Sequence record: PV625053.1
Reading direction: 5' to 3' (one strand)
Length of the DNA stretch: 44,317 bases
Source: Klebsiella phage vB_Kpn_004_Koku
In this document: positions 19,185-26,686 of the stretch, in pieces
How positions within the stretch are numbered: position 1 is the first letter of the stretch
How the letters are laid out: every line of letters starts with the position of its first letter
Made by a program: the position numbers and the translations under genes
The notes under the pieces: generated by a model
Seen by the model: the letters and a program-made list of their open reading frames with translations, nothing else
Database searches by the model: none
What the model was told of the DNA's origin: nothing

Positions 19185-19293
19185 GCCGACGCTGACGGCA
19201 GTGTACGAAGTGGACGATAAGGTCTGCTTTAGCAAGCCCGATGCTACACAACTTGGGCTGTACATTTTATCGCTAGAACGCGGTTACAAATAA
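19084..19293 (+). CDS. o-spanin-like outer-membrane lipoprotein (Rz1-like)
   Basis: GTG 19084 is 6 nt after GGAGG (alternative ATG 19096); signal peptide MKRIMLATILLIGSLITSGC with lipobox, Pro-rich mature part with a second Cys. Confidence 0.6.
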   Translation: MKRIMLATILLIGSLITSGCSQVSPSQNRVMPTKPTLTAVYEVDDKVCFSKPDATQLGLYILSLERGYK

Positions 19294-19322
19294 TACATAG
19301 CTTTATGTATCAATCACCTACG

Positions 19323-19343
19323 ATTTAGGTGACACTATAGAAG
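19323..19343 (+). promoter_or_regulatory. SP6-type promoter (tailspike operon)
   Basis: ATTTAGGTGACACTATAGAAG exact. Confidence 0.9.
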
Positions 19344-19417
19344 AGATAAAGTGGCGATCGTTTGGTCGCCCTTTACTCAAGGTGCTCATGGTGGGCGCTT
19401 TAAGTAAAGGAGGAAAC

Positions 19418-21301
19418 ATGGCACTTACTAGGTTAAATTCAGATCTGGTGTCGATTGATACAGGTGGTACATTGAAGGACACCTTGTCCTTCGTAACGCC
19501 AGAAATGATGCGTGTAAATGGTAGTCGATACCTTCAAGGTGTTACTCCAGATGCGCAACCTTTCGTACAGGCTGCGGTGGATTATGGTAAACAGCACAAC
19601 CTTCCAGTTAAACTGTTGACGCTGTACACATGCACCACTGCACCTCATCGCTTTGAACTTCCAAGGGATGACGGCACAGTCTATCCAAAGTGGATAACAG
19701 ACGGGACGGATGTAAACCTTGCACCAGAAGCAGCGCAGTGTATGCCTGCATGTATTCGCTTATATAACGATAGCCGTGTCTTTGGAGAGAACATGCAGAC
19801 TTGCGGCATTCGTGGTTCTTGGTCTAAAGCCAATGGCCCGTATGATAACACTGCGCCTATTGGTGTGTTCATTAGCGGAAACGGTGGCAAAGATGATTAT
19901 GTACGTTATCATCTTGAAAACCTAACCATATCAAACTTCTTCATTGGACGACTCTGTGAAGGTACTAGTGCATTCTCTACCGAAGATAACATCAAGGTCA
20001 TGGGTTGCGGTATAACAGGTGCATTCCAAGGTGAGGACGCCGTGCGTAGGGGCTTCATGCTGATGTGGTACAACATTGCTGGCGATGTGAGAGGTGGTTG
20101 GTGGCTAACGCGAAACCATGCGTATGCAACTACTTTCATGCCACCTTATCCCGGTAAGGACATTCACCGTGCAGGTTGGAACGACTCTAGCTATACAGAG
20201 AAGTATCATTATTACGGAGATACGTCCTTAAACTGGACACATCCATGCTACAATGCTGTCGATAGTTTCTTTGACCGCTTCTTCTTTAAGAGTGCAAACT
20301 CTGCTAAGACGTCAGCAGGTGGTCGTTTATCTAACAGCACACAACCCGGTGTGTGGCCCGTTGGTGTCTACCGTGGTGTTGCAGGTCGCGCACTTACTAT
20401 CTACTCCCGTTACGGGCGTGAGATCATGAGTTGCAATATCGGTGAGGCTAAGATTATGTGGTCTCCGCGTACACCATTCTTCTACACTTCACAGCCGTCA
20501 GGTCTTGTTGGTAACAGTAAGATTGGACATTGTATGCTTGAGCGTGTTGGCATCATCGAGTTCAAGAAGGGGGATACAGCAGGTAACAGGTTTAACGTGG
20601 ATAATGTTGACCCGTATGACAGTGCGCAGGCATTCTTCCCTGCAATGGCTACACGTGGTAACGTCTTCTGTGAAGATATCATACGAAGTGGCGCAGTGCA
20701 GAAGTCGGTAGGTAATGAGTTGCAAGGGGCGTTCTCAGGTAGTATGCAGATTCAATGCCACCGTCGTGCCGATGATGCAGCGAACTACTCTATGCTTCGA
20801 CTGCAAGAGTGGAAGAACTCACTTACGGATCGTTATGTATTCAACTCTAAGTCTTGCTTATTGCAGCCTGCACAGTTTGATTCCTCTGGTGCTCTATTTA
20901 AGTATTTCACCAAGGAGTTTACGCCGACAATCAAAATAGGTGGACAGGTCATCACTGTGACAGAGGCAAAAGGTATCTGCCATCGCTTTGGCGATGTGGT
21001 GCGCATACGCTTGCGCTTCCGTAACTCTAACCTGAGCATCAAGATTGGTGAGGGTGGTGGTGCGATTGAGGTTGGCGGCTTGCCGTTCCAAGCAGCACCA
21101 GTGCAGTGGGGTGGGACTTTCGGGTCTGTAACACTTGGATCACAGGCGGCAGGGTTTACCTTAATACCTCAGGTTGTGGCAGGTTCGACCACTGTGCGAT
21201 TCCTCAAGGACTCTTCTGGTGCGCAATTCCAGCACCCGTCTGGTGACTTCGACTTCACGCTTCATGCTGACTTCGAGTATACCACATCTTTCAATGCTTA
21301 A
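19418..21301 (+). CDS. tailspike protein 1 (beta-helix polysaccharide depolymerase-type)
   Basis: 627 aa from ATG 19418 (AAGGAGG SD); the ORF-track N-terminal extension is upstream leader. Begins MALTRLN like the second spike (shared adaptor-docking N-terminus); Gly/Asn-rich repetitive body; promoter directly upstream and terminator downstream. Confidence 0.8.
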   Translation: MALTRLNSDLVSIDTGGTLKDTLSFVTPEMMRVNGSRYLQGVTPDAQPFVQAAVDYGKQHNLPVKLLTLYTCTTAPHRFELPRDDGTVYPKWITDGTDVNLAPEAAQCMPACIRLYNDSRVFGENMQTCGIRGSWSKANGPYDNTAPIGVFISGNGGKDDYVRYHLENLTISNFFIGRLCEGTSAFSTEDNIKVMGCGITGAFQGEDAVRRGFMLMWYNIAGDVRGGWWLTRNHAYATTFMPPYPGKDIHRAGWNDSSYTEKYHYYGDTSLNWTHPCYNAVDSFFDRFFFKSANSAKTSAGGRLSNSTQPGVWPVGVYRGVAGRALTIYSRYGREIMSCNIGEAKIMWSPRTPFFYTSQPSGLVGNSKIGHCMLERVGIIEFKKGDTAGNRFNVDNVDPYDSAQAFFPAMATRGNVFCEDIIRSGAVQKSVGNELQGAFSGSMQIQCHRRADDAANYSMLRLQEWKNSLTDRYVFNSKSCLLQPAQFDSSGALFKYFTKEFTPTIKIGGQVITVTEAKGICHRFGDVVRIRLRFRNSNLSIKIGEGGGAIEVGGLPFQAAPVQWGGTFGSVTLGSQAAGFTLIPQVVAGSTTVRFLKDSSGAQFQHPSGDFDFTLHADFEYTTSFNA

Positions 21302-21307
21302 CACTAG

Positions 21308-21345
21308 GTGCGGCGTAAGCCGCACTTTACGCAACTTTCTTTCTT
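21308..21345 (+). terminator. terminator between the two tailspike genes
   Basis: GTGCGGC-GTAA-GCCGCAC followed by TTTACGCAACTTTCTTTCTTC. Confidence 0.7.
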
Positions 21346-21387
21346 CATAGGCACTCATGGTGGGTGTCTATAAACAAAGGAGGTTAC

Positions 21388-23373
21388 ATGGCTCTAACCA
21401 AAGCTACAACAGTTAATGCATATCAGGGGCGCCCACCCGTTGTAATCACGGATAGCGTCGAAGATAAGGTAATGGATGGACGTGCTGGTCTTCGTAAGCA
21501 CTTTGGTGCTGTTGGGGACGGGCAACATGATGATACAGACGCCTTTGAAAAATGGATGGATTGCCTAACAGATGCAACATATAAGCGTTTAGGGGCATTT
21601 TCGGACGAACACCCATATATGCTACAGAAAGGGCCACAGCTCATGTTAGAAGATGGGGCTTTCGTGTATGCTGGCAAAGGTTTGAACATCCCGACCAATC
21701 ATGCCTTTGTTCTAAACATAATTGGACAAAGTTCCTTATCTACAAAGATTATCATACCAGAAGATGTGTACTTCTTGGATTTAGATAACAACCCTGTGTT
21801 TTCTTATATGTCAGATATTACGTTCCATGGTGGACTAGGTGCTGTACGCATGAAGTCTAAGTCACGCAATGCAACAAGTATGCACATATTTGAGCGTCTA
21901 CGTATGTCTAGGTACAAGCAGTGTGCCTTTAGTAACAACTCAATAGATATGCCTTACGTTAAAATCAGAGACTCAGTGTTTATGGGAGATGTCTCCAGAG
22001 AGACAATTGGGCTGTGCTTATCTGGCCTGTCTGCTGGTAGTGATATCACAGGGAATCAGTTTACTGATAACAGGTATAATCTCAAATTAGCTGTTGCAGA
22101 CAATGGTGTAGAACGTAATGGCCCACCAACGCCTCTAAACATAGTAGGTAACGATTTCTATCGGACAGGTAATCGCTCAGGTGCATCTTATGATATTTGG
22201 ATTGAACCAGGTAAAACAGCTACAAACTCAGGACGTGGACTTGTTTTGCAACGTAATAAGTTTGGGCAGGAGAACCTAAAGAGTCCAGATGCACACATTC
22301 TCATTGCAGATAGTGGGACAGGGCAAGGTGGTGATTTAAATGGGGACAGAATGCATGTAGAGACAAAATCTTCTGGATTTGTGTCAGGCATTCTTTCAGA
22401 GGGTAACAATGTTAATTCTATCAACGGGAGCTACACTGCACCCTATATCCGCAGCTTCACACCTAACTTTGGTAACAATAAGATCCATGATATTTATGAC
22501 AATGGAATGCCGTCTCGTATAGTAGAGTTTGCAGGTGGTATTACGCAAAGTGAAGTTGTTAATATATCTCGCACTAATATGCTTGAGATTGATCAGGCTC
22601 TTTCCTTACAGAAAGGGGATGTACCTAATTTATTGTCTAACCTAGATGGTGTATTCCGTGTAAGGGATGATTTAGGCCTGTTGGCAGGACACCCTCAAGT
22701 GCATGATACACCAACCGGTTCTCAGATGTCAGATTTTCTGCATGTATATAAAGGCCCAACATCTAGTATTGCTGTTGCAGAAGCAACGCGCGTAGCTATT
22801 GATAACTCCTATGGAGGTAAAAATGAGGCAGCAGAGTTCACTATGACAACTGAAGCTGGACGTGCAGTTGCAACGGTGACAGGGCTTGTTGCTGGTGATA
22901 CTTTCTGGTTAGATTTTGAGGTAAAGAGATCTGCTGACAATGCGGCCCCTCGTGTGCTCTTCGAGGTACTAGATTCAAGTGCGAGTACCTTACTTCTTAG
23001 AAGGACTATACTGTTAGATGCGAAGCAGAGATGGCAGAAAGTTGTGCTACCTTTTGTGCCAAACAGTTCTGGTAGTATCCTTGTTCGCTTCAAGGCGAAA
23101 GGTTGGACACCTTCTAATAAGAAGTTTCAAGTAGGAAACCTTAATGTATACCGCAACCCTACACCAGTTAATACTGGACATAATGGAGGTTTATCTTCCT
23201 CTTGGAGTTCACAGCACATCCTTATTGGGCCTTACCACTTATGGGTAGATGCAACTGGCGCATTGCGTATCAAAGATGGCGCACCTACGTCTGTTAACGA
23301 TGGTGTCATCGTTGGCAGTCAGTCAGAAAGTGTTAGCCAACAAGTATCGGGTGATGGTATACAAAACCATTGA
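21388..23373 (+). CDS. tailspike protein 2 (pectate-lyase-fold depolymerase-type)
   Basis: 661 aa from ATG 21388 (AAGGAGG SD); begins MALTKATT; contains ..FGAVGDGQHDDTDAF.. pectate_lyase_3-type motif typical of phage depolymerases; markedly AT-rich relative to genome core. Confidence 0.8.
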   Translation: MALTKATTVNAYQGRPPVVITDSVEDKVMDGRAGLRKHFGAVGDGQHDDTDAFEKWMDCLTDATYKRLGAFSDEHPYMLQKGPQLMLEDGAFVYAGKGLNIPTNHAFVLNIIGQSSLSTKIIIPEDVYFLDLDNNPVFSYMSDITFHGGLGAVRMKSKSRNATSMHIFERLRMSRYKQCAFSNNSIDMPYVKIRDSVFMGDVSRETIGLCLSGLSAGSDITGNQFTDNRYNLKLAVADNGVERNGPPTPLNIVGNDFYRTGNRSGASYDIWIEPGKTATNSGRGLVLQRNKFGQENLKSPDAHILIADSGTGQGGDLNGDRMHVETKSSGFVSGILSEGNNVNSINGSYTAPYIRSFTPNFGNNKIHDIYDNGMPSRIVEFAGGITQSEVVNISRTNMLEIDQALSLQKGDVPNLLSNLDGVFRVRDDLGLLAGHPQVHDTPTGSQMSDFLHVYKGPTSSIAVAEATRVAIDNSYGGKNEAAEFTMTTEAGRAVATVTGLVAGDTFWLDFEVKRSADNAAPRVLFEVLDSSASTLLLRRTILLDAKQRWQKVVLPFVPNSSGSILVRFKAKGWTPSNKKFQVGNLNVYRNPTPVNTGHNGGLSSSWSSQHILIGPYHLWVDATGALRIKDGAPTSVNDGVIVGSQSESVSQQVSGDGIQNH

Positions 23374-23529
23374 TAGTGTCTAAAAGTAGATAGGCTGTAC
23401 GGCAGAATACGCAGGAACTTATTGCTTCATATCGTAACGTGAAGAAATAATTTGCATCGTCTGCGTAGCAGTTAGTATCTTAGTGTAACAAAGGGCTGAC
23501 CTAGGTTGGCCCTTCATGAAGGAGGCAAC

Positions 23530-23685
23530 ATGATTTGGATTCACACGTATGGTGTAGGGCCGTTCAAGAAGAAGGTACTCAGGAAGATTCATGAGTCCGA
23601 GGAATCAGCCTTAGCCAGCCAGAAGGTACTTGGTGGGACTGTCCAGTGCTACATGAAGAAGCCACAAGGCTTTGACTTATTGTAA
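23530..23685 (+). CDS. small hypothetical protein (51 aa) at genome right end
   Basis: ATG 6 nt after GAAGGAGG; MIWIHTYGVGPFKKKVLRKIHESEESALASQKVLGGTVQCYMKKPQGFDLL; below ORF-track size cutoff. Confidence 0.45.
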   Translation: MIWIHTYGVGPFKKKVLRKIHESEESALASQKVLGGTVQCYMKKPQGFDLL

Positions 23686-23744
23686 CCAAAGGTGGTCACA
23701 AAGTAACCAAAGTCAAAATTTTGATATAGGCGTGTGTCAGCTCT

Positions 23745-23935
23745 CTCGCCCGTCGCCCGTCCGGATTGTCCCCATAGGGGTGCCTAGGGCATTTCTAGGG
23801 CCGGAGGGCGGGACTAGGGCGTTTCTTAGTGAGGGCCAAAGGGTTGCCGGAGGCTGGGCGGGAGGGCGCGATAGGGACACGCAGAGGACGCTTGACAGCG
23901 TGGGAGGGCGTGGGCTATCTGTTCCTTTTTGTGCC
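23745..23935. repeat. genome-terminus region: CCCCATAGGGG palindrome, CTAGGG and GGGAGGGCG repeats (putative terminal repeat / concatemer junction)
   Basis: CCCCATAGGGG parallels the CCCCCATAGGGGG in T7 terminal repeat; GGGAGGGCG occurs three times with a fourth near-copy; non-coding. Confidence 0.5.
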
Positions 23936-23937
23936 TA

Positions 23938-24110
23938 GCCTTGCTTAGTGTTACCTTATGCACTTCCTTATCGTGTACCTTATGCAAGTCTTAGTGACTA
24001 ACTTAGTGCATACCTTAGTAGCTACCTTAGTGATTACCTTAGTCACAACCTATCAATCCTTAGTGTTACCTTAGTGAATTGCATAGCTAAAGCTATAAGA
24101 TGCTATTAGG
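23938..24110. repeat. array of short CCTTAGTG / ACCTTAGT-type direct repeats
   Basis: about 9 tandemly spaced copies of (A)CCTTAGTG-like units, positional analog of T7 left-end CCTAAAG repeats between terminal repeat and first early promoter. Confidence 0.6.
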
Positions 24111-24201
24111 TCGCGGTCGGTAGACCGCTAAAAGATGTAATGAGTAGGAAGATGCAAGAGATGAACACCAGAAACCATCTTGTCTGTCCTAATGTTTGCC
24201 T

Positions 24202-24219
24202 TGTCTAACACGTTGGACA
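24202..24219. repeat. degenerate palindrome copy TGTCTAACACGTTGGACA
   Basis: one mismatch; 11 bp upstream of -35 of host promoter P1. Confidence 0.7.
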
Positions 24220-24230
24220 ACAATTAAGTG

Positions 24231-24259
24231 TTGACAGGTTATCTTGGTGTATGCATAAT
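24231..24259 (+). promoter_or_regulatory. early sigma70 promoter P1
   Basis: TTGACA-17 bp-CATAAT. Confidence 0.75.
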
Positions 24260-24348
24260 GCATCACGTAGGCGGTGCTGAGGCACCTAGTAGCCAGCTAG
24301 TAAGGCATACGAAGAGACTAGCGCCTACCTTAGTGAAGTAACTTAGTG

Positions 24349-24377
24349 TTGACAAGGTAGATAACCTGAGATACATT
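24349..24377 (+). promoter_or_regulatory. early sigma70 promoter P2
   Basis: TTGACA-17 bp-TACATT. Confidence 0.75.
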
Positions 24378-24393
24378 AAGAAGCAAGAAGTAC

Positions 24394-24410
24394 CGCTCTT
24401 TAACAATTTG
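24394..24410 (+). promoter_or_regulatory. rrn-type boxA element in P2 leader
   Basis: CCGCTCTTTAACAATTT: GCTCTTTAACAA identical to E. coli rrn boxA consensus, ~+12 from predicted start. Confidence 0.55.
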
Positions 24411-24462
24411 CTTAGTGTAACCTATGTAAGCCGTGGTTAATCTATCATTAATGAGGTATACC

Positions 24463-24621
24463 ATGCATAACTTAGATGATGCTTATGATGCTTACGTGGA
24501 GTCAGTCTGTGAATATGAGATTCCTATGAGTAAACGCCAGTTCCTTAAAATGATTGAGGAGTGGCAAGAGAGGCCAAATAAGGTATCACCTGAACTCAAG
24601 GAGGGCATAGAATGCAACTGA
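24463..24621 (+). CDS. early hypothetical protein (52 aa)
   Basis: ATG 24463 preceded by GAGGT at -5; first gene downstream of host promoter P2; stop overlaps next ATG. Confidence 0.55.
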   Translation: MHNLDDAYDAYVESVCEYEIPMSKRQFLKMIEEWQERPNKVSPELKEGIECN

Positions 24622-24785
24622 ATCTACGAGAAGCAAGCACTGTCTTTACTATGCTGTGCTACATGGCACAAAACGAGGCTATGACCGACGACGAACTAGC
24701 GTTATATCATCGCTTTCGTAAGGAAGGATGGGACGATCTAGTTAATAAAGATCGTGATATTCTTAAAGAAATGATTGAGGGTTAA
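24612..24785 (+). CDS. early hypothetical protein (57 aa)
   Basis: ATG overlaps upstream stop (ATGCAACTGA), AAGGAGGG SD 7 nt upstream; MQLNLREASTVFTMLCYMAQNEAMTDDELALYHRFRKEGWDDLVNKDRDILKEMIEG. Confidence 0.6.
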   Translation: MQLNLREASTVFTMLCYMAQNEAMTDDELALYHRFRKEGWDDLVNKDRDILKEMIEG

Positions 24786-24788
24786 CAA

Positions 24789-24992
24789 ATGTTTAAGTAC
24801 GAAGTATTTATCAGTGATAACCGCGAAGCCGCTGTGATTGCAGAGATGTTCAACGGTCACATTACGGCGTACAACGTAGGAGATGATGAGGAAGCCTTTG
24901 TTGTTACCTTCACTAGCAAATTATCGCATAAGAAGGTAGTAGATAAGGTGATGCCTTTCTCCTTCGAAGAAGTAATTTCCAACAAAATCTAA
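24789..24992 (+). CDS. early hypothetical protein (67 aa)
   Basis: ORF immediately after previous stop, GAGGG 7 nt upstream; ends just before host promoter P3. Confidence 0.55.
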   Translation: MFKYEVFISDNREAAVIAEMFNGHITAYNVGDDEEAFVVTFTSKLSHKKVVDKVMPFSFEEVISNKI

Positions 24993-25001
24993 AATTAGTT
25001 G

Positions 25002-25030
25002 TTGACAACCACGGCTTACAAGGTTACATT
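25002..25030 (+). promoter_or_regulatory. early sigma70 promoter P3 (upstream of ocr)
   Basis: TTGACA-17 bp-TACATT; same architecture as P2. Confidence 0.75.
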
Positions 25031-25048
25031 AAGCACCAACAAGGCAAC

Positions 25049-25066
25049 ACCGCTCTTTAACAATCT
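25049..25066 (+). promoter_or_regulatory. rrn-type boxA element in P3 leader
   Basis: ACCGCTCTTTAACAATCT; second copy, same spacing from promoter. Confidence 0.55.
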
Positions 25067-25159
25067 GGAATGCACTTAGTCGGATAGGTTAGATAAGCTA
25101 TCTTGGCACTAGCTAGGGTAGCTTAGTGTAACCTAACTAACTAAATGAGGATTAAAATT

Positions 25160-25504
25160 ATGTATAATATGACTTATTCCAATGTTTACAACCACGCTCG
25201 CAGCATGATTGAAGAGGCAATTCGTTATGACGATATCCGGGACACGGATAAGTTATATGATGCACTTCATGAGGCTTGTGATAATGCAGTTCCTCACTAT
25301 TACAATGATGTTTTCTCTGTAATGGCGAGCGACGGCATTGACCTTGAATTTGAAGATTCCGGTTTAATGCCTGAAACTAAGGATGTTATCCGCATACTGC
25401 AAGCTCGCATTTACGAACAACTCACGATCGACCTTTACGGTGTCGCTGAGGACTTGATGAACGACTATATCGCTGAGATGGAAGAAGAAGAGGACGAGGA
25501 ATAA
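25160..25504 (+). CDS. ocr: Ocr, DNA-mimic anti-restriction protein (T7 gp0.3 homolog)
   Basis: ..[96 protein letters not shown] aligns along its length with T7 Ocr as recalled (identical stretches such as [50 protein letters not shown]). Confidence 0.9.
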   Translation: MYNMTYSNVYNHARSMIEEAIRYDDIRDTDKLYDALHEACDNAVPHYYNDVFSVMASDGIDLEFEDSGLMPETKDVIRILQARIYEQLTIDLYGVAEDLMNDYIAEMEEEEDEE

Positions 25505-25620
25505 TGAACGGCAAGCAATACAACTTCCTGTTTTCTGACGGTGTAACCCTGAAATGCTCCTTGCACTTCGCTATGATGCGCGAGGAGACGCTTGGAACCT
25601 CCTACCGCTTAATTATGTGA
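25504..25620 (+). CDS. small ORF (38 aa), possible gene 0.4-like, uncertain
   Basis: ATG overlaps ocr stop (TAATG); [38 protein letters not shown]; no independent SD. Confidence 0.3.
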   Translation: MNGKQYNFLFSDGVTLKCSLHFAMMREETLGTSYRLIM

Positions 25621-25631
25621 CACTATAAGAG
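25611..25631 (+). promoter_or_regulatory. weak SP6-type promoter variant
   Basis: AATTATGTGACACTATAAGAG (3 mismatches incl. around +1). Confidence 0.4.
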
Positions 25632-25702
25632 GTTTAACAGGGTGCTCTTGCGAGAGTGCCCGATTAAACCAACTTATATTCATTAACTCAAAAGGTGACA
25701 TT

Positions 25703-26611
25703 ATGACTACCGAAAACATCCTCCTGTCTGTCCGCGAAGCTGCAACCGCTGAAATCAAAGCACATTTGGAGACAATCGGCGCTTCTTACCTCAAAGTTGG
25801 CTCCCTCCTGAATGAGTTACGCGGTGATTTTGAGAACCAGCGCGAGTTTCTCGCCTACGTAGAAGAAGAATTCAGCATTAAGAAAGCACAATGCTACAAC
25901 CTTATGAACGTAGCGCGTTGCTTTGACGGTGACGAGCGCTTTAAAGGTGTGGCGATGCGCGTCATGCTGTCCCTGATTCCGTTTGCAGATGAGGCCGGGA
26001 TTATGGATAAGGCCGCAGAGCTTGCCGCAGAGGGCAAATTAGATACGAAGGCCGTTAATGCACTTACGGGCAAGCCTGAGAAGCCAGCGGCTAAACCTAT
26101 GCAATCACAAGGCGGGCCAGAGAAAACCGCTGAGAATGCCGCAGAGAGCGCAGAGCAGGCACCGCAGAGCGTACCCGAAGAATCTAATATAGAATGGGGC
26201 GCCGATGAAAACACGGATTCGGCACCGTGGGACGACGAACCAGCGCAGCGCGACGACTCACAGAAAGCGCCAGAGCGTAAAGCGGAGCCGCTGGATAACG
26301 CTGCAAACGCTGAGAGCGCTGCTATGGCTGGCCTGTTGGAGCAGATTAAGAGTCTTACCGAACAACTCAAAGCCGCAAACGACCGTATCGCAGAGCTAAC
26401 CAGCACCCGCGAGAACAAGAAAGCAGCCGCTCCTATGCTTCCACAATTTAAATCCTCCTGCTTCTATGCTCGCTTAGGTTTAAGCGCTGAGGAAGCCACC
26501 AAGAAAACAGCAGTTAACAAGGCCAAACGTGAACTTGTTAAACTTGGTTATGGTGAGGGCCATGAAGCGTGGACGCTTATTGCCGAGGCAGTAGCGGAAT
26601 TAACTAAGTGA
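25703..26611 (+). CDS. early hypothetical protein with acidic low-complexity centre
   Basis: 302 aa; structured N-terminal ~100 aa, then Ala/Glu/Pro-rich disordered segment, conserved-looking C-terminal ~60 aa; last gene before RNAP. Confidence 0.7.
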   Translation: MTTENILLSVREAATAEIKAHLETIGASYLKVGSLLNELRGDFENQREFLAYVEEEFSIKKAQCYNLMNVARCFDGDERFKGVAMRVMLSLIPFADEAGIMDKAAELAAEGKLDTKAVNALTGKPEKPAAKPMQSQGGPEKTAENAAESAEQAPQSVPEESNIEWGADENTDSAPWDDEPAQRDDSQKAPERKAEPLDNAANAESAAMAGLLEQIKSLTEQLKAANDRIAELTSTRENKKAAAPMLPQFKSSCFYARLGLSAEEATKKTAVNKAKRELVKLGYGEGHEAWTLIAEAVAELTK

Positions 26612-26686
26612 TTAGTTGACTTTGAGAGCGTCATTTTATAAGATGGCGCTCAATTAAGTTTTCTAGCACCAAATGGAGTAATCAAG

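Noticed and set aside
19382-19417. ORF-track N-terminal extensions (e.g. MLMVGALSKGGN- before tailspike 1). Other cases start at 21364, 31743, 32410, 36136, 38873, 17313, 3630 and 14728.
   Set aside because: These extensions begin at TTG/GTG or at ATGs without SD, and they run through leaders, promoters or palindromes. Internal ATGs with canonical AGGAGG spacing give N-termini consistent with homologs (for example both spikes start MALT).
23938-24110. CRISPR-like appearance of the CCTTAGTG repeat array
   Set aside because: The units are only 8-9 bp with irregular 4-14 bp spacing and degenerate copies, there are no cas genes, and the array sits where T7 carries its left-end CCTAAAG repeats. 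It is a phage-terminus repeat array, not CRISPR.
25703-26611. Assignment of the 302-aa early protein as a gp0.7-like protein kinase
   Set aside because: I saw no glycine loop or catalytic-loop kinase motifs by eye. Only positional analogy supports the assignment, so I left it as hypothetical.
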